Counted from the first letter of the stretch, positions 32,830 to 44,690 are shown. The stretch is 64,000 bases of DNA from Escherichia coli (GCF_050320075.1 NZ_CP190018.1); one strand, 5' to 3'. Translations and numbers: made by a program. Notes: a model not told the origin generated them from the sequence alone.

Positions 32830-33366
32830 CTACCCTGCAACCCTCTCAACCATCCTCAAAATCTCCTCGCGCGATAGCGGCTTACGGTCGGTGACAAAAT
32901 GCAGCGTCATCCCCTCAATAAACGCATCAAGCGCGCGGGCGGTTCCGGGTTCAAACCATTGTTCGAGCGTTTGCTGACTGCGCTGCATCCAGTTTTGCAT
33001 TACCGTTTTTAATAGCGGTTTTCGGCTAGCCAGCGCGTAGAGCTGGTACATCAGCTCCATATTATCCGGCGTTGCAACCTGTGAGCTGTAGATCATATCG
33101 GTGATAGCCTGGCATGCGCCCGGAGCATCACTAACATCGCTAAAAAATGCCTGATATTGCCGGGACATGATCTCAGTAAAACTGCTGAACGCCTCCAGCA
33201 ACAACTCATCAATTCCTGAAAAATAGTAGGTCATCGACCCCAACGGTACCCCGGCAAGGGTAGCAATTTTGCGGTGCGTAACAGCATGTATTCCGTAAAG
33301 TTTCACCGCCTCCAGCGTGGCCTGGATAATTTTTTCTCGCCGTTGCGGATCGTTAGCGCGACGCAT
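32830..33366 (-). CDS. rcdA: TetR-family transcriptional regulator RcdA (YbjK)
   Basis: 178 aa from ATG at 33366; N-terminal TetR HTH ([16 protein letters not shown]). Confidence 0.9.
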
Positions 33367-33449
33367 GTCATTTCCTCTCTCTGCAATTGTGTACAAATGT
33401 ACACAACCTTGCTAATGTTGTCTTCCCTCTTCTTATTTTGACGTGATCT

Positions 33450-34658
33450 ATGACCGTAAATTCTTCACGTAATGCATTGAAACGCCGAACCTGGGCGCTG
33501 TTTATGTTCTTCTTTTTGCCGGGCCTGTTAATGGCGTCCTGGGCAACCCGTACGCCTGCTATCCGCGATATTCTTTCTGTTTCGATCGCTGAAATGGGCG
33601 GAGTCCTCTTTGGTCTGTCGATCGGTTCAATGAGCGGTATTCTCTGCTCGGCGTGGTTAGTGAAACGCTTTGGGACGCGTAATGTCATCTTGGTCACGAT
33701 GTCCTGCGCATTGATCGGGATGATGATACTAAGTCTGGCACTCTGGCTGACATCGCCCCTGCTCTTCGCGGTTGGTCTCGGCGTCTTTGGGGCAAGTTTT
33801 GGTTCTGCGGAAGTGGCGATAAACGTTGAAGGTGCTGCCGTTGAGCGAGAAATGAATAAGACGGTTTTGCCGATGATGCACGGTTTTTATAGCCTGGGCA
33901 CGCTGGCAGGCGCTGGTGTCGGGATGGCACTAACGGCCTTTGGCGTTCCGGCAACGGTGCACATTTTATTGGCGGCGCTGGTAGGCATCGCGCCTATTTA
34001 TATCGCCATTCAGGCAATCCCTGATGGTACGGGCAAAAATGCTGCCGATGGCACCCAGCATGGTGAAAAAGGCGTACCTTTTTATCGCGATATCCAGTTG
34101 CTACTGATTGGTGTTGTGGTGCTGGCGATGGCCTTTGCCGAAGGTTCTGCCAACGACTGGTTACCCTTATTAATGGTTGACGGTCACGGTTTTAGCCCTA
34201 CTTCCGGCTCGCTGATTTATGCCGGTTTTACCCTGGGGATGACCGTTGGACGCTTCACTGGCGGTTGGTTCATCGACCGTTACAGTCGCGTTGCCGTGGT
34301 TCGGGCCAGTGCACTAATGGGGGCGTTAGGTATTGGGCTGATTATTTTTGTCGATAGCGCCTGGGTCGCTGGGGTGTCTGTTGTACTCTGGGGACTGGGT
34401 GCCTCGCTGGGCTTCCCACTGACCATTTCTGCCGCCAGCGATACCGGCCCCGATGCACCAACCCGCGTCAGTGTGGTAGCAACGACCGGTTATCTGGCTT
34501 TCCTCGTCGGGCCGCCGCTGCTGGGCTATCTCGGCGAACATTATGGATTACGTAGTGCAATGCTGGTTGTACTGGCGCTGGTTATTCTCGCGGCTATTGT
34601 CGCGAAAGCCGTCGCCAAACCCGATACCAAAACGCAGACGGCGATGGAGAATAGTTGA
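33450..34658 (+). CDS. ybjJ: MFS-family inner-membrane transporter YbjJ
   Basis: 402-aa ORF with ~12 predicted TM helices. Confidence 0.88.
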
Positions 34659-35473
34659 TGAGCATTAAATTAATTGCGGTAGACATGGATGGTACTTTCT
34701 TAAGCGATCAAAAAACCTATAACCGTGAGCGGTTTATGGCTCAGTATCAGCAAATGAAAGCACAAGGCATTCGCTTTGTGGTCGCCAGCGGGAATCAATA
34801 TTATCAGTTGATCTCTTTCTTCCCTGAAATTGCTAATGAAATTGCCTTTGTGGCTGAAAACGGCGGCTGGGTAGTGAGCGAAGGCAAAGATGTTTTTAAT
34901 GGCGAGCTGTCGAAGGATGCGTTTGCTACTGTCGTGGAACATTTGCTGACGCGCCCGGAAGTGGAAATTATTGCCTGCGGAAAAAATAGCGCCTATACCC
35001 TCAAAAAATATGACGATGCCATGAAAACGGTGGCGGAAATGTATTATCACCGTCTGGAATACGTCGATAACTTTGACAACTTAGAAGATATCTTCTTTAA
35101 GTTTGGTCTGAATCTTTCCGATGAACTGATTCCACAAGTACAAAAAGCATTACATGAGGCCATCGGCGATATTATGGTGCCGGTCCACACCGGCAACGGC
35201 AGCATAGATCTGATTATCCCCGGCGTACATAAAGCCAATGGCCTTCGCCAACTGCAGAAATTATGGGGAATAGACGACAGCGAAGTAGTGGTCTTTGGCG
35301 ATGGCGGTAACGATATTGAGATGCTGCGTCAGGCAGGCTTTAGTTTTGCAATGGAAAATGCCGGCAGCGCGGTCGTCGCAGCGGCAAAATACCGGGCAGG
35401 CTCCAATAACCGTGAAGGCGTACTGGATGTGATCGATAAAGTGCTTAAACACGAAGCGCCATTTAACCAATAA
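34658..35473 (+). CDS. ybjI: HAD-superfamily (Cof-type) phosphatase YbjI
   Basis: 271 aa from ATG 34658 overlapping the ybjJ stop; DMDGT motif; paralogous to ybiV at 62501. Confidence 0.9.
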   Translation: MSIKLIAVDMDGTFLSDQKTYNRERFMAQYQQMKAQGIRFVVASGNQYYQLISFFPEIANEIAFVAENGGWVVSEGKDVFNGELSKDAFATVVEHLLTRPEVEIIACGKNSAYTLKKYDDAMKTVAEMYYHRLEYVDNFDNLEDIFFKFGLNLSDELIPQVQKALHEAIGDIMVPVHTGNGSIDLIIPGVHKANGLRQLQKLWGIDDSEVVVFGDGGNDIEMLRQAGFSFAMENAGSAVVAAAKYRAGSNNREGVLDVIDKVLKHEAPFNQ

Positions 35474-35557
35474 AACGGCAGCACGCCCGGCAACACAATG
35501 CCTGAATGAAGATTGCATAATTCGCGGAAATTAACCCGCTGCATTATTTCAGGCGAA

Positions 35558-35842
35558 ATGATTATGAAAAATTGTCTACTGTTGGGCGCGCTTTTAATGG
35601 GCTTTACTGGTGTGGCGATGGCGCAAAGTGTCACCGTCGATGTGCCGAGTGGATACAAAGTGGTTGTGGTTCCTGATTCAGTCAGCGTTCCACAAGCGGT
35701 CAGCGTCGCGACTGTGCCGTAAACCGTCTATGTGGCTCCTGCGCCAGCTCCGGCTTACCGCCCGCATCCTTATGTTCGCCATCTTGCCAGCGTAGGTGAA
35801 GGGATGGTTATCGAACACCAGATTGACGACCATCACCATTAA
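35558..35842 (+). pseudogene. ybjH: ybjH interrupted by an in-frame TAA at 35720-35722 (codon 55 of an expected ~94-codon frame)
   Basis: ATG 35558 opens a signal-peptide ORF (MIMKNCLLLGALLMGFTGVAMA...) that stops after 54 codons; the same frame continues for 39 more codons (TVYVAPAPAPAYRPHPYVRHLASVGEGMVIEHQIDDHHH) to a stop at 35840-35842; 54+1+39 = 94, the YbjH length I remember. Confidence 0.55.
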
Positions 35843-35849
35843 TTCGAGA

Positions 35850-35885
35850 ATGCCTGATCGCACAAAGCAATCAGGCATTTTTTTA
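35850..35885 (+). terminator. Rho-independent terminator after ybjH (abuts the mdfA stop)
   Basis: AATGCCTGAT-N10-ATCAGGCATT hairpin followed by TTTTTTT. Confidence 0.8.
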
Positions 35886-37115
35886 CCCTTCGTGCGAATT
35901 TCCCATCTGTTTATCTTTTAAAAAGATAACCATCAGCAACAGCCACAAAATTCCGTTGACAAGGTTGAAGAGATTAAACAGTCCGTTGCCCCCGTTCAGC
36001 CAGGCATGTTTGCTGATTTCAATACCGACGGTAAAGATCAGCATTTGCAGCATCCCCATCGCCGCAGAAACCGTACCTTTACTCATATCGCTGGCAAACA
36101 GAGTTAATCGCACCAGTCCCGCATTCGCCAGACCAATACCGAAAGCATAAATACTTAACCCGGCGGTCATCCATAAATACGCGTGCGATGAGATAACCGT
36201 TGCCGCAGCAGCGACAAACAGACCAATCATAATCGGCCAGCCGCCCATAATAATCAGCGAACGTACGGTGCGGCGCGAGGTCAGACGCGCTAGCAGCAAG
36301 TTACCCGCAATTAACGCCCCGAAAATAGGCACTTGCAGCAAGCCATATTCATAGCTGCTCAACTGCTCACCGGTAATGATGATAATCGGCGACTGGGCGA
36401 TCCACGCCAGCAACGGCAGGCTAACGAATCCCAGCGCCAGCGCCCCCGCCACAAAGCGACCGTTCTTCAGCACCAGCTTATAGTCACGACCGAGTTCTTT
36501 CAGCGACAGTTTCTCGCCTATACGCGTGGCGGTTTCAGGCATGGCTCGTTGCAGACCGAAAAAGGAGATCGCTGCCAATGCGGCAAACAAAACAAACATC
36601 CCCTCCCAGGGCAGCACATGGATCCACGCCGCGCCCACCAGCGGACCAAGTAGTGGAGCAATCAGCGCCACGTTCGCCATTAGCGCGGTGATCTTGATAC
36701 AAACCGCCTCTTCGAAGGATTCCTGAATTGCGGCATATCCCACAGCGCCAATGAAACAGAGGCTTATGCCCTGCAAGAAGCGCAACAGGGTGAATTGTTC
36801 AATGTTTTGCGCCAGTAATATTGCCAGACAGGTGACGATAAACCACACCACTCCCGCCAGCATCACCGGACGGCGGCCAATACGATCCGACAGTGGCCCC
36901 AGGAGCCATTGTAAAAACATCCCGCCCGCCAGATACGCAGTCATCGAAGTAGGAACCCAATCAATGCCCGCCTGATATTGTTCCACCACGGCCAACATAC
37001 CGGGTTGAATCATATCGTTGCCGATATAGGTTGAAAATTCGTAAAGCACCAGACAGAGAGGGAAAAGTAACGCCTGACGTCCAAGCCTGGCACCGGAAGC
37101 TAATTTATTTTGCAT
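35883..37115 (-). CDS. mdfA: Multidrug efflux MFS transporter MdfA (Cmr)
   Basis: 410 aa from ATG at 37115 ([40 protein letters not shown]...); track ORF is a 10-codon extension. Confidence 0.93.
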   Translation of the reverse strand: MQNKLASGARLGRQALLFPLCLVLYEFSTYIGNDMIQPGMLAVVEQYQAGIDWVPTSMTAYLAGGMFLQWLLGPLSDRIGRRPVMLAGVVWFIVTCLAILLAQNIEQFTLLRFLQGISLCFIGAVGYAAIQESFEEAVCIKITALMANVALIAPLLGPLVGAAWIHVLPWEGMFVLFAALAAISFFGLQRAMPETATRIGEKLSLKELGRDYKLVLKNGRFVAGALALGFVSLPLLAWIAQSPIIIITGEQLSSYEYGLLQVPIFGALIAGNLLLARLTSRRTVRSLIIMGGWPIMIGLFVAAAATVISSHAYLWMTAGLSIYAFGIGLANAGLVRLTLFASDMSKGTVSAAMGMLQMLIFTVGIEISKHAWLNGGNGLFNLFNLVNGILWLLLMVIFLKDKQMGNSHEG

Positions 37116-37399
37116 GCAATTTCTTCGCCAATAATAATCGCGCAAAGTTTAATAAAAGCGCAGCTAACGAGAAAGCGAATTTTGTAGCTGAAACCACGGT
37201 TAAGCACATTCTTACATTATCGCGAGTATAGCTACGCTTTCTTTAAGTTTTATTTAACCTATGCCCGTTACAATCACCCACCGTAAACAGGCCGCTTGAG
37301 GGAAATAAGACGATGCCGCTTTACCCAGTTTAACCTGCACTTTATTCTCAACGACTTGCCTGTATTGGCTCCCTTTTAATCACTTTGCGTCGGGAAGTT

Positions 37400-37996
37400 A
37401 TGCTGGAAAATTTGAATCTCTCTCTATTCTCTCTTATTAACGCGACGCCAGACTCTGCGCCGTGGATGATCTCGTTGGCGATTTTTATTGCTAAAGATTT
37501 GATTACCGTGGTGCCGTTGCTGGCCGCGGTACTTTGGCTGTGGGGGCTTACAGCACAACGGCAACTGGTGATAAAAATCGCTATCGCGCTGGCGGTCAGC
37601 CTGTTTGTGTCCTGGACGATGGGGCATCTTTTTCCGCACGACCGACCCTTTGTCGAAAATATCGGCTATAACTTCCTGCATCATGCGGCGGATGACTCAT
37701 TCCCGAGCGATCACGGTACGGTGATTTTCACCTTTGCACTGGCATTTTTATGCTGGCATCGCCTGTGGTCCGGCTCACTTTTAATGGTGCTGGCCGTCGT
37801 CATTGCCTGGTCGCGCGTTTATCTTGGCGTCCACTGGCCGCTGGATATGCTCGGTGGATTGCTGGCAGGTATGATTGGCTGCCTTAGCGCCCAGATTATC
37901 TGGCAAGCGATGGGGCATAAACTCTATCAACGTCTGCAATCGTGGTATCGCTTCTGTTTTGCATTACCGATCCGCAAAGGCTGGGTGCGTGACTGA
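37400..37996 (+). CDS. ybjG: Undecaprenyl-pyrophosphate phosphatase YbjG (PAP2 family)
   Basis: 198 aa from ATG 37400; PAP2 motifs (PSDH, SRVYLGVHWPLD). Confidence 0.9.
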   Translation: MLENLNLSLFSLINATPDSAPWMISLAIFIAKDLITVVPLLAAVLWLWGLTAQRQLVIKIAIALAVSLFVSWTMGHLFPHDRPFVENIGYNFLHHAADDSFPSDHGTVIFTFALAFLCWHRLWSGSLLMVLAVVIAWSRVYLGVHWPLDMLGGLLAGMIGCLSAQIIWQAMGHKLYQRLQSWYRFCFALPIRKGWVRD

Positions 37997-38053
37997 TCTC
38001 TGCTAAAAAGTGTAGTATTGAGCGGCTCGCTTCAATAACTATTCAGAGGGATT

Positions 38054-38812
38054 ATGGAAACACGTCGCGAAGAGCGTATCGGGCAGCTGCTGCAAGAATT
38101 AAAACGCAGCGATAAGTTACATCTTAAAGACGCCGCCGCCCTGCTTGGGGTTTCGGAGATGACGATTCGTCGCGATCTGAACAACCACAGTGCGCCCGTC
38201 GTTTTGCTCGGCGGCTATATTGTTCTGGAACCGCGCAGCGCCAGCCATTACCTGTTAAGCGATCAAAAATCCCGCCTGGTGGAAGAAAAACGCCGGGCGG
38301 CAAAACTGGCTGCGACGCTGGTAGAACCCGATCAGACCCTCTTTTTTGACTGTGGCACCACCACACCGTGGATTATTGAAGCGATTGATAATGAAATCCC
38401 TTTCACCGCCGTTTGTTATTCGCTAAATACCTTTCTGGCACTGAAAGAGAAACCCCATTGCCGCGCGTTTCTGTGTGGTGGTGAATTTCACGCCAGCAAC
38501 GCCATTTTCAAACCCATCGATTTTCAGCAAACGCTGAATAATTTTTGCCCGGATATCGCTTTTTATTCCGCGGCGGGGGTGCATGTCAGTAAAGGCGCTA
38601 CCTGCTTTAATCTTGAAGAGTTGCCGGTAAAACACTGGGCCATGTCGATGGCGCAAAAGCATGTGCTGGTTGTCGACCACAGTAAATTTGGCAAGGTGCG
38701 TCCGGCGCGCATGGGTGACCTGAAACGCTTTGATATTGTTGTGAGCGATTGTTGCCCGGAAGATGAGTATGTGAAGTACGCGCAGACGCAGCGTATTAAG
38801 TTGATGTATTAA
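38054..38812 (+). CDS. deoR: DeoR transcriptional repressor of the deo operon
   Basis: 252-aa ORF; N-terminal HTH (AALLGVSEMTIRRDLN), C-terminal DeoR sugar-phosphate-binding domain. Confidence 0.93.
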   Translation: METRREERIGQLLQELKRSDKLHLKDAAALLGVSEMTIRRDLNNHSAPVVLLGGYIVLEPRSASHYLLSDQKSRLVEEKRRAAKLAATLVEPDQTLFFDCGTTTPWIIEAIDNEIPFTAVCYSLNTFLALKEKPHCRAFLCGGEFHASNAIFKPIDFQQTLNNFCPDIAFYSAAGVHVSKGATCFNLEELPVKHWAMSMAQKHVLVVDHSKFGKVRPARMGDLKRFDIVVSDCCPEDEYVKYAQTQRIKLMY

Positions 38813-38819
38813 TGACGTA

Positions 38820-38850
38820 TAACCGGATGACGTTTCGCGCCATCCGGTTA
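38820..38850. terminator. Intergenic hairpin between convergent deoR and dacC (candidate bidirectional terminator)
   Basis: TAACCGGATG-N11-CATCCGGTTA perfect inverted repeat; no strong T-run on either side. Confidence 0.4.
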
Positions 38851-38858
38851 TCACAAAA

Positions 38859-40061
38859 TTAAGAGAACCAGCTGCCGAACCACTGATGGAATTTCATCAT
38901 CACGAAATCCCACATCCGACCAAAGAATCCGCCCTCTTCCACATTTTCCATCACGATCAGCGGACGCTGCTCAATGGATTTACCGTTAAGCTGGAAATCA
39001 ATGGTCCCGACAACCTGACCTTTTTTCAGCGGTGCGGTAAGCTGCGGTTCCGTTAACGTGTAGCTCGCTTTCAGGTTTTTCAGCTGCCCACGCGGTATGG
39101 TCACTGAGCCCGCTTCGCCTGCCCCGAGATTCACTTCGCTCTTATCTCCAAACCAGACGCGCTGAGTCACAAAGGTGGCATCAGGTTTAATTGGCGTCAC
39201 GGTTTCAAAGAAGCGGAAACCCCAGGTCAATAATTTCTCAGACTCATTAAAACGGATACGGTCAGTTTTCGCCCCCAGCACTACGGAGATCAAACGCATA
39301 TCGCCCTGGGTAGCCGAAGCAACCAGATTATATCCCGCGCCTGCCGTGGTTCCTGTCTTCATGCCATCAACATTCAGATTGCTGCTCCACAGCAGACGGT
39401 TACGGTTAGGCTGACGAATTTTGTTGAAGGTGAACTCTTTCTCTTTATGAATGGCGTACTCTTCCGGCACATCGTGGATCAATGCTTTACCCAGCAATGC
39501 CATATCGCGCGCGGTACTGAACTGCCCCGGCGCATCCAGGCCGTGCACCGTCTGGAAGGTAGTGTTGGTCAGACCCAGTTTTTTGGCATAACCATTCATC
39601 AGACCAATAAATGACTCCTGGCTCCCGGCAACGTAATCAGCCAGCGCAATACAGGCGTCATTACCGGACTGGATAATCACACCTTTGTTCAAGTCTGCCA
39701 CCGAAACCTGATCGCCCGGTTTGAGGAACATTACCGATGAACCACGCAGTGCCGGATTTCCCGTCGCCCAGGCATCTTTACCGACCGTCACCATATCGGT
39801 GAGTTTAATCTTATCGGCCTTAAGCGCCTGCCCAACCACATAGCTGGTCATGATTTTAGTCAGGCTCGCGGGGTCCAGTTTTTCATCCGCATTGCCTTCT
39901 GCCAGCACTTTACCGCTGGCGTAATCCATTAAAATCCATGCACGCGCATCCACGCTCGGCGCTTCAACGGTTTGTTCCGCCGCGAATGCCGTTGGGGCAA
40001 AAAGGAATAAAAATGCAGAACCCGCTGCAAGACCACGAAGGAGAGAGGAGTATTGCGTCAT
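38859..40061 (-). CDS. dacC: D-alanyl-D-alanine carboxypeptidase DacC (PBP6)
   Basis: 400 aa from ATG at 40061; signal peptide, SLTK active-site motif, SGN motif. Confidence 0.93.
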   Translation of the reverse strand: MTQYSSLLRGLAAGSAFLFLFAPTAFAAEQTVEAPSVDARAWILMDYASGKVLAEGNADEKLDPASLTKIMTSYVVGQALKADKIKLTDMVTVGKDAWATGNPALRGSSVMFLKPGDQVSVADLNKGVIIQSGNDACIALADYVAGSQESFIGLMNGYAKKLGLTNTTFQTVHGLDAPGQFSTARDMALLGKALIHDVPEEYAIHKEKEFTFNKIRQPNRNRLLWSSNLNVDGMKTGTTAGAGYNLVASATQGDMRLISVVLGAKTDRIRFNESEKLLTWGFRFFETVTPIKPDATFVTQRVWFGDKSEVNLGAGEAGSVTIPRGQLKNLKASYTLTEPQLTAPLKKGQVVGTIDFQLNGKSIEQRPLIVMENVEEGGFFGRMWDFVMMKFHQWFGSWFS

Positions 40062-40307
40062 AAATGCCACCCGAGTATCCATTCAAAAAAAATACGTTAT
40101 ATCGCCGTATGATAAGTTCGGTGATTAATAACGCACACACAAACTTAAAGAAACCGTAAGTTGGTAAAGTTTTTAAAGTTTATGCAATATCCTGCCGCTT
40201 CGCTGCTTCTGGTGTCATTTTTTTGCCAGCTGTTGCTTAAAAGTTAACTTTACTTCACCATCGGAGTCCTGTTCAGCCTGTGGCTGCCTGTCGGAAAAGG
40301 GGTGAGT

Positions 40308-40934
40308 ATGATTACGCTGTGGGGTCGGAATAATTCAACCAACGTAAAAAAAGTATTGCTGACGCTCGAAGAACTGGAACTACCTTATGAGCAAATTCTC
40401 GCGGGCCGTGAGTTTGGGATAAATCACGATGCTGATTTTCTGGCGATGAACCCTAACGGGCTGGTGCCGTTGTTGCGTGACGACGAAAGTGATCTCATTC
40501 TTTGGGAATCAAACGCCATTGTCCGCTATCTGGCGGCACAGTACGGGCAAAAACGCCTGTGGATCGACTCACCGGCACGTCGTGCGGAAGCAGAAAAATG
40601 GATGGACTGGGCAAACCAGACGCTCAGTAATGCTCATCGCGGGATCCTGATGGGATTAGTCAGAACACCACCGGAAGATCGCGATCAGGCCGCCATTGAT
40701 GCCAGTTGTAAAGAGTGCGACGCCCTGTTTGCCCTGCTCGATGCGGAACTGGCAAAAGTAAAATGGTTCTCCGGCGACGAGTTTGGTGTGGGCGATATCG
40801 CTATCGCACCGTTTATCTACAATTTGTTTAACGTTGGCCTGACCTGGACACCGCGTCCAAATCTGCAACGCTGGTATCAGCAACTCACTGAACGCCCCGC
40901 AGTGCGCAAAGTGGTGATGATTCCCGTTAGCTAA
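40308..40934 (+). CDS. gstB: Glutathione S-transferase GstB (YliJ)
   Basis: 208 aa from ATG 40308; GST N- and C-terminal domains. Confidence 0.9.
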   Translation: MITLWGRNNSTNVKKVLLTLEELELPYEQILAGREFGINHDADFLAMNPNGLVPLLRDDESDLILWESNAIVRYLAAQYGQKRLWIDSPARRAEAEKWMDWANQTLSNAHRGILMGLVRTPPEDRDQAAIDASCKECDALFALLDAELAKVKWFSGDEFGVGDIAIAPFIYNLFNVGLTWTPRPNLQRWYQQLTERPAVRKVVMIPVS

Positions 40935-42046
40935 TTGCGTGGGCTAACTTTAAGTAATTCCCCACTGGACTCGTCGGTGAGAACGTATAAATAACCGTCG
41001 GGTCCAGTGCGAACATCACGAATTCGCTGCCCTCTGTCCGTTAAAATACGGCCATCTTCTGTCACTTTGTCGCCGTTGACGCTCATCACAATGACATCTT
41101 TATCTTTCAGCGCGCCAATAAATAATTTTTGCTGCCACTGGGGGAATTTATCGCTGTTATAGAAGGCCATGCCGCTCACGGCGGGCGAATCTTTCCAGTA
41201 AAAAACAGGTTGCTCGGTCCCGGCGACGATCTCCCCTTTCGCTTCCGGTATCTTAAAGCCTGAATAGTTGATTCCCCAGGTTGCCAGCGGCCAGCCGTAG
41301 TTTTTGCCTTTTTGCGGGATATTAATTTCATCGCCACCGCGCGGGCCATGTTCATTCAGCCATAGTGCATTACTCCACGGATTCATCGCCATTCCTTGCG
41401 GATTACGAATGCCATAAGACCAGATCTCGGCGCGCGCACCGGATTCCTTTATAAAAGGATTATCATCCGGGATTTCGCCCTGGTCGGTCAGACGCACCAG
41501 TTTGCCCTGTAATTTATCCAGATCCTGCGCCGTCGGGCGCTGATTGTTTTCGCCCAGAGCAATAAAAAGATAACCTTTACCGTCGAATACCAGCCGCCCG
41601 CCAAAATGGTTGCCGGTAGACAGTTTTGGCATCTGGCGAAAGACGGTGCGGAAGTCGGTCATCTTTGAGAGATCATCACTTAAGCGGCCATAACCCACAG
41701 CAGTTCCGGCTTTGCCATCATCGCCAACTTCGAAATAACTTAACCAGATGCGGCGAGACTGAGCAAAATCAGGCGCTAAAACCACGTCCAGCAGGCCGCC
41801 CTGCCCGTGCGCCCAAACGTCCGGAACTCCGGAAAGCGGCGCAGATAATCCTTTTCCTGCTTGCCAGTGACGCAACTCGCCGCCGCGCAGAGTGATTAAC
41901 ATACCGTGATTGTCGGGTAAAAAGGCCAGCGCCCAGGGATGGTCGAGTTTGTCTTGCAGTACTTCGACATTTACCGTTGCAGGAGCCGCCCAGAGAGCGG
42001 AAGAAAGACAAATAAGGGGCACAGAGAAAAAGAATTGTCGATGCAT
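40931..42046 (-). CDS. yliI: Soluble aldose sugar dehydrogenase YliI (PQQ-dependent beta-propeller)
   Basis: 371-aa ORF with signal peptide; convergent with gstB (4-bp overlap). Confidence 0.9.
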   Translation of the reverse strand: MHRQFFFSVPLICLSSALWAAPATVNVEVLQDKLDHPWALAFLPDNHGMLITLRGGELRHWQAGKGLSAPLSGVPDVWAHGQGGLLDVVLAPDFAQSRRIWLSYFEVGDDGKAGTAVGYGRLSDDLSKMTDFRTVFRQMPKLSTGNHFGGRLVFDGKGYLFIALGENNQRPTAQDLDKLQGKLVRLTDQGEIPDDNPFIKESGARAEIWSYGIRNPQGMAMNPWSNALWLNEHGPRGGDEINIPQKGKNYGWPLATWGINYSGFKIPEAKGEIVAGTEQPVFYWKDSPAVSGMAFYNSDKFPQWQQKLFIGALKDKDVIVMSVNGDKVTEDGRILTDRGQRIRDVRTGPDGYLYVLTDESSGELLKVSPRN

Positions 42047-42156
42047 AACGCCTCCGGATTGACTCTGGCTTAAAGCGTAGTCAGTGGAGGAGATAACAAA
42101 ATCATTTTTACAAAAACTTAAACATGAAGGGGGAGACGCTTTCTCCCCCTTAGTTT

Positions 42157-42540
42157 TCAGGCCTTCTCAAGCATGGCGTGCTTCTGCAGGCTCTGGATAC
42201 TCAGCGTTAAGCTCATCAGACAATTTTCAAGCTTATCGGCGTTGACGGTAATAACAGTCGGGCAATCATGGTGCCCACTCATCAAACATACTGCGGCTGT
42301 CGCTAATGCTTCTTCAGCATGATGAAGAGCACTCCACTCTTCCTGATCCAGATGAAGATTCAACCGCAGCGATTTATCGTGCAGTTCGCGATTCAGTTTA
42401 AAAAAGTTATCTCGTAGATGATTGCTTTCGCTGACGGACATGTATCCTTTTGCCTTCCTCAGTTGCACGTATGCGGCGAGGTCAACGCGTGCGTCGATCA
42501 ACCGGTTCAGCAGATCGATTCGCTGTCTGTCAACGAACAT
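42157..42540 (-). CDS. bssR: Biofilm regulator BssR (YliH)
   Basis: 127 aa from ATG at 42540 (MFVDRQRIDLLNRLIDARVDLAAYVQL...). Confidence 0.88.
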   Translation of the reverse strand: MFVDRQRIDLLNRLIDARVDLAAYVQLRKAKGYMSVSESNHLRDNFFKLNRELHDKSLRLNLHLDQEEWSALHHAEEALATAAVCLMSGHHDCPTVITVNADKLENCLMSLTLSIQSLQKHAMLEKA

Positions 42541-42752
42541 ACTTCGATCCTCCTCTTTCCAGCCTTGTTGCAATTAAATAGTATGGCTATTTTTTGAGCA
42601 AAATGCTGTCCAGGATCAATTCTTCACGCCGAATTAACAAAATTTACATTTCCTTCGCCTCCGCCAGCGAATGAGATTGCGATACAAATTTTATCCAGAA
42701 CTCTGTAGAATCCCTGCCCTGACCTTTCCTGTAACTGAATATTTTTTAAGCT

Positions 42753-44078
42753 ATGAGCAAAGTAACTCCCCAGCCGAAAATCGGCTTTGTTTCCCTTGGC
42801 TGTCCGAAAAACCTTGTCGATTCAGAGCGTATTCTCACCGAACTACGCACTGAAGGTTATGACGTGGTACCGAGCTATGACGATGCGGACATGGTGATCG
42901 TCAACACCTGCGGCTTTATTGACAGCGCGGTACAAGAATCACTGGAAGCCATTGGTGAAGCGTTGAATGAAAACGGCAAGGTAATTGTGACCGGTTGTCT
43001 GGGGGCAAAAGAAGATCAGATCCTCGAAGTCCACCCGAAAGTGCTGGAAATCACCGGGCCTCATAGCTATGAGCAGGTTCTGGAGCACGTTCATCACTAC
43101 GTGCCAAAACCGAAACACAACCCATTCCTGAGCCTGGTGCCAGAACAAGGCGTGAAACTGACGCCGCGTCATTATGCCTATCTGAAAATTTCTGAAGGCT
43201 GTAATCACCGCTGCACCTTCTGCATTATTCCGTCTATGCGCGGCGACCTGGTGAGCCGTCCGATTGGCGAAGTGTTAAGTGAAGCGAAACGTCTGGTAGA
43301 TGCGGGCGTTAAAGAGATTCTGGTGATCTCGCAGGATACTTCCGCCTATGGCGTCGATGTTAAACATCGTACTGGCTTCCACAACGGCGAGCCGGTAAAA
43401 ACCAGCATGGTCAGCCTGTGCGAACAGTTATCGAAACTGGGGATCTGGACACGTCTGCACTACGTTTACCCTTATCCGCATGTGGACGACGTCATCCCAC
43501 TGATGGCAGAGGGCAAAATCCTGCCCTATCTGGACATTCCGTTGCAGCACGCCAGCCCGCGCATTCTCAAACTGATGAAACGTCCGGGTTCTGTAGATCG
43601 CCAACTGGCGCGCATCAAACAGTGGCGCAAAATCTGCCCGGAACTGACCCTACGCTCAACCTTTATTGTTGGCTTCCCTGGCGAGACGGAAGAAGATTTC
43701 CAGATGCTACTCGACTTCCTGAAAGAAGCACGTCTGGATCGCGTTGGCTGCTTTAAATACAGCCCGGTTGAAGGTGCAGACGCCAATGCCCTGCCTGACC
43801 AGGTTCCGGAAGAAGTGAAAGAAGAACGCTGGAACCGTTTCATGCAGCTGCAGCAGCAGATTTCCGCCGAGCGCCTGCAAGAGAAAGTGGGCCGTGAAAT
43901 TCTGGTGATTATCGACGAAGTGGACGAAGAAGGCGCGATTGGTCGCAGCATGGCAGATGCACCGGAAATCGACGGCGCGGTTTATCTCAATGGTGAAACC
44001 AACGTTAAGCCGGGTGATATCCTGCGTGTGAAAGTCGAGCACGCCGATGAGTACGATTTGTGGGGTAGCCGGGTTTAA
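42753..44078 (+). CDS. rimO: Ribosomal protein S12 methylthiotransferase RimO (radical SAM, MTTase family)
   Basis: 441-aa ORF; N-terminal MTTase Cys triad (SLGCPKN...C...C), radical-[11 protein letters not shown] motif, C-terminal TRAM domain. Confidence 0.95.
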   Translation: MSKVTPQPKIGFVSLGCPKNLVDSERILTELRTEGYDVVPSYDDADMVIVNTCGFIDSAVQESLEAIGEALNENGKVIVTGCLGAKEDQILEVHPKVLEITGPHSYEQVLEHVHHYVPKPKHNPFLSLVPEQGVKLTPRHYAYLKISEGCNHRCTFCIIPSMRGDLVSRPIGEVLSEAKRLVDAGVKEILVISQDTSAYGVDVKHRTGFHNGEPVKTSMVSLCEQLSKLGIWTRLHYVYPYPHVDDVIPLMAEGKILPYLDIPLQHASPRILKLMKRPGSVDRQLARIKQWRKICPELTLRSTFIVGFPGETEEDFQMLLDFLKEARLDRVGCFKYSPVEGADANALPDQVPEEVKEERWNRFMQLQQQISAERLQEKVGREILVIIDEVDEEGAIGRSMADAPEIDGAVYLNGETNVKPGDILRVKVEHADEYDLWGSRV

Positions 44079-44262
44079 TTAATCTTAAGGCAGATCTAAC
44101 AAGGATATTGTTCTTCGATCTGCCTCTGCTACCCTTCCCGATGTCCTACCCTTACGCACAAAATCCCCTGACGCATAAATCGAGAAAAATGAATCGTACT
44201 CGAGGCAACTCTCACTTTTTCACACCAAATTAAAGTTTTGATCGCAATTACTTGAAATAAGC

Positions 44263-44288
44263 GTAATGGTTACTATAGTAAACATTAC
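44263..44288 (+). promoter_or_regulatory. Near-perfect 26-bp palindrome, candidate operator/promoter of the toxin-antitoxin cassette
   Basis: GTAATGgTTACTATAGTAAaCATTAC (perfect 12-bp core TTACTATAGTAA) centred ~28 bp upstream of the toxin ATG; TATAGT could also be a -10 box. Confidence 0.5.
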
Positions 44289-44303
44289 CACAAGGATGGA
44301 TGT

Positions 44304-44690
44304 ATGGGTGTGTATAAGGCAAGACGATTCAGCCAAAGCACGAAAAAACTTGGTATTCACGATAAAGTTCTCATGGCTGCCGCTGAAGAAGTGATGCAGG
44401 GCATATGGGAGGCTGATTTAGGTAGCGGTGTCATCAAAAAACGTTTACCCCTCCAACAAGGAAAGAGTGGTGGAGCCAGAACAATTATCTTTTTTAAATC
44501 AGCAAATCATGTGTTTTTTTATGATGGTTGGTCCAAGAGTGGTCTAAGCAGTAAAGGAACCAAAGAAATCGAAGATGATGAACTGGCGGCCTACAAAAAA
44601 ATGGCAAATGCATTTCTGGCCTTTAGCAATAAGCAAATAGAGGATTTGATCGAAACTGGCTTTTTGATTGAGGTGAAAAATGAGCGATAA
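44304..44690 (+). CDS. Putative type II toxin, RelE/HigB-like (DUF1044-type)
   Basis: 128-aa ORF with AAGGA RBS; motif GKSGGARTIIFF resembles the KGKSGG(Y/V)R(V/I)IY core of RelE/HigB-family toxins; 11-bp overlap with a downstream HTH gene. Confidence 0.6.
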   Translation: MGVYKARRFSQSTKKLGIHDKVLMAAAEEVMQGIWEADLGSGVIKKRLPLQQGKSGGARTIIFFKSANHVFFYDGWSKSGLSSKGTKEIEDDELAAYKKMANAFLAFSNKQIEDLIETGFLIEVKNER

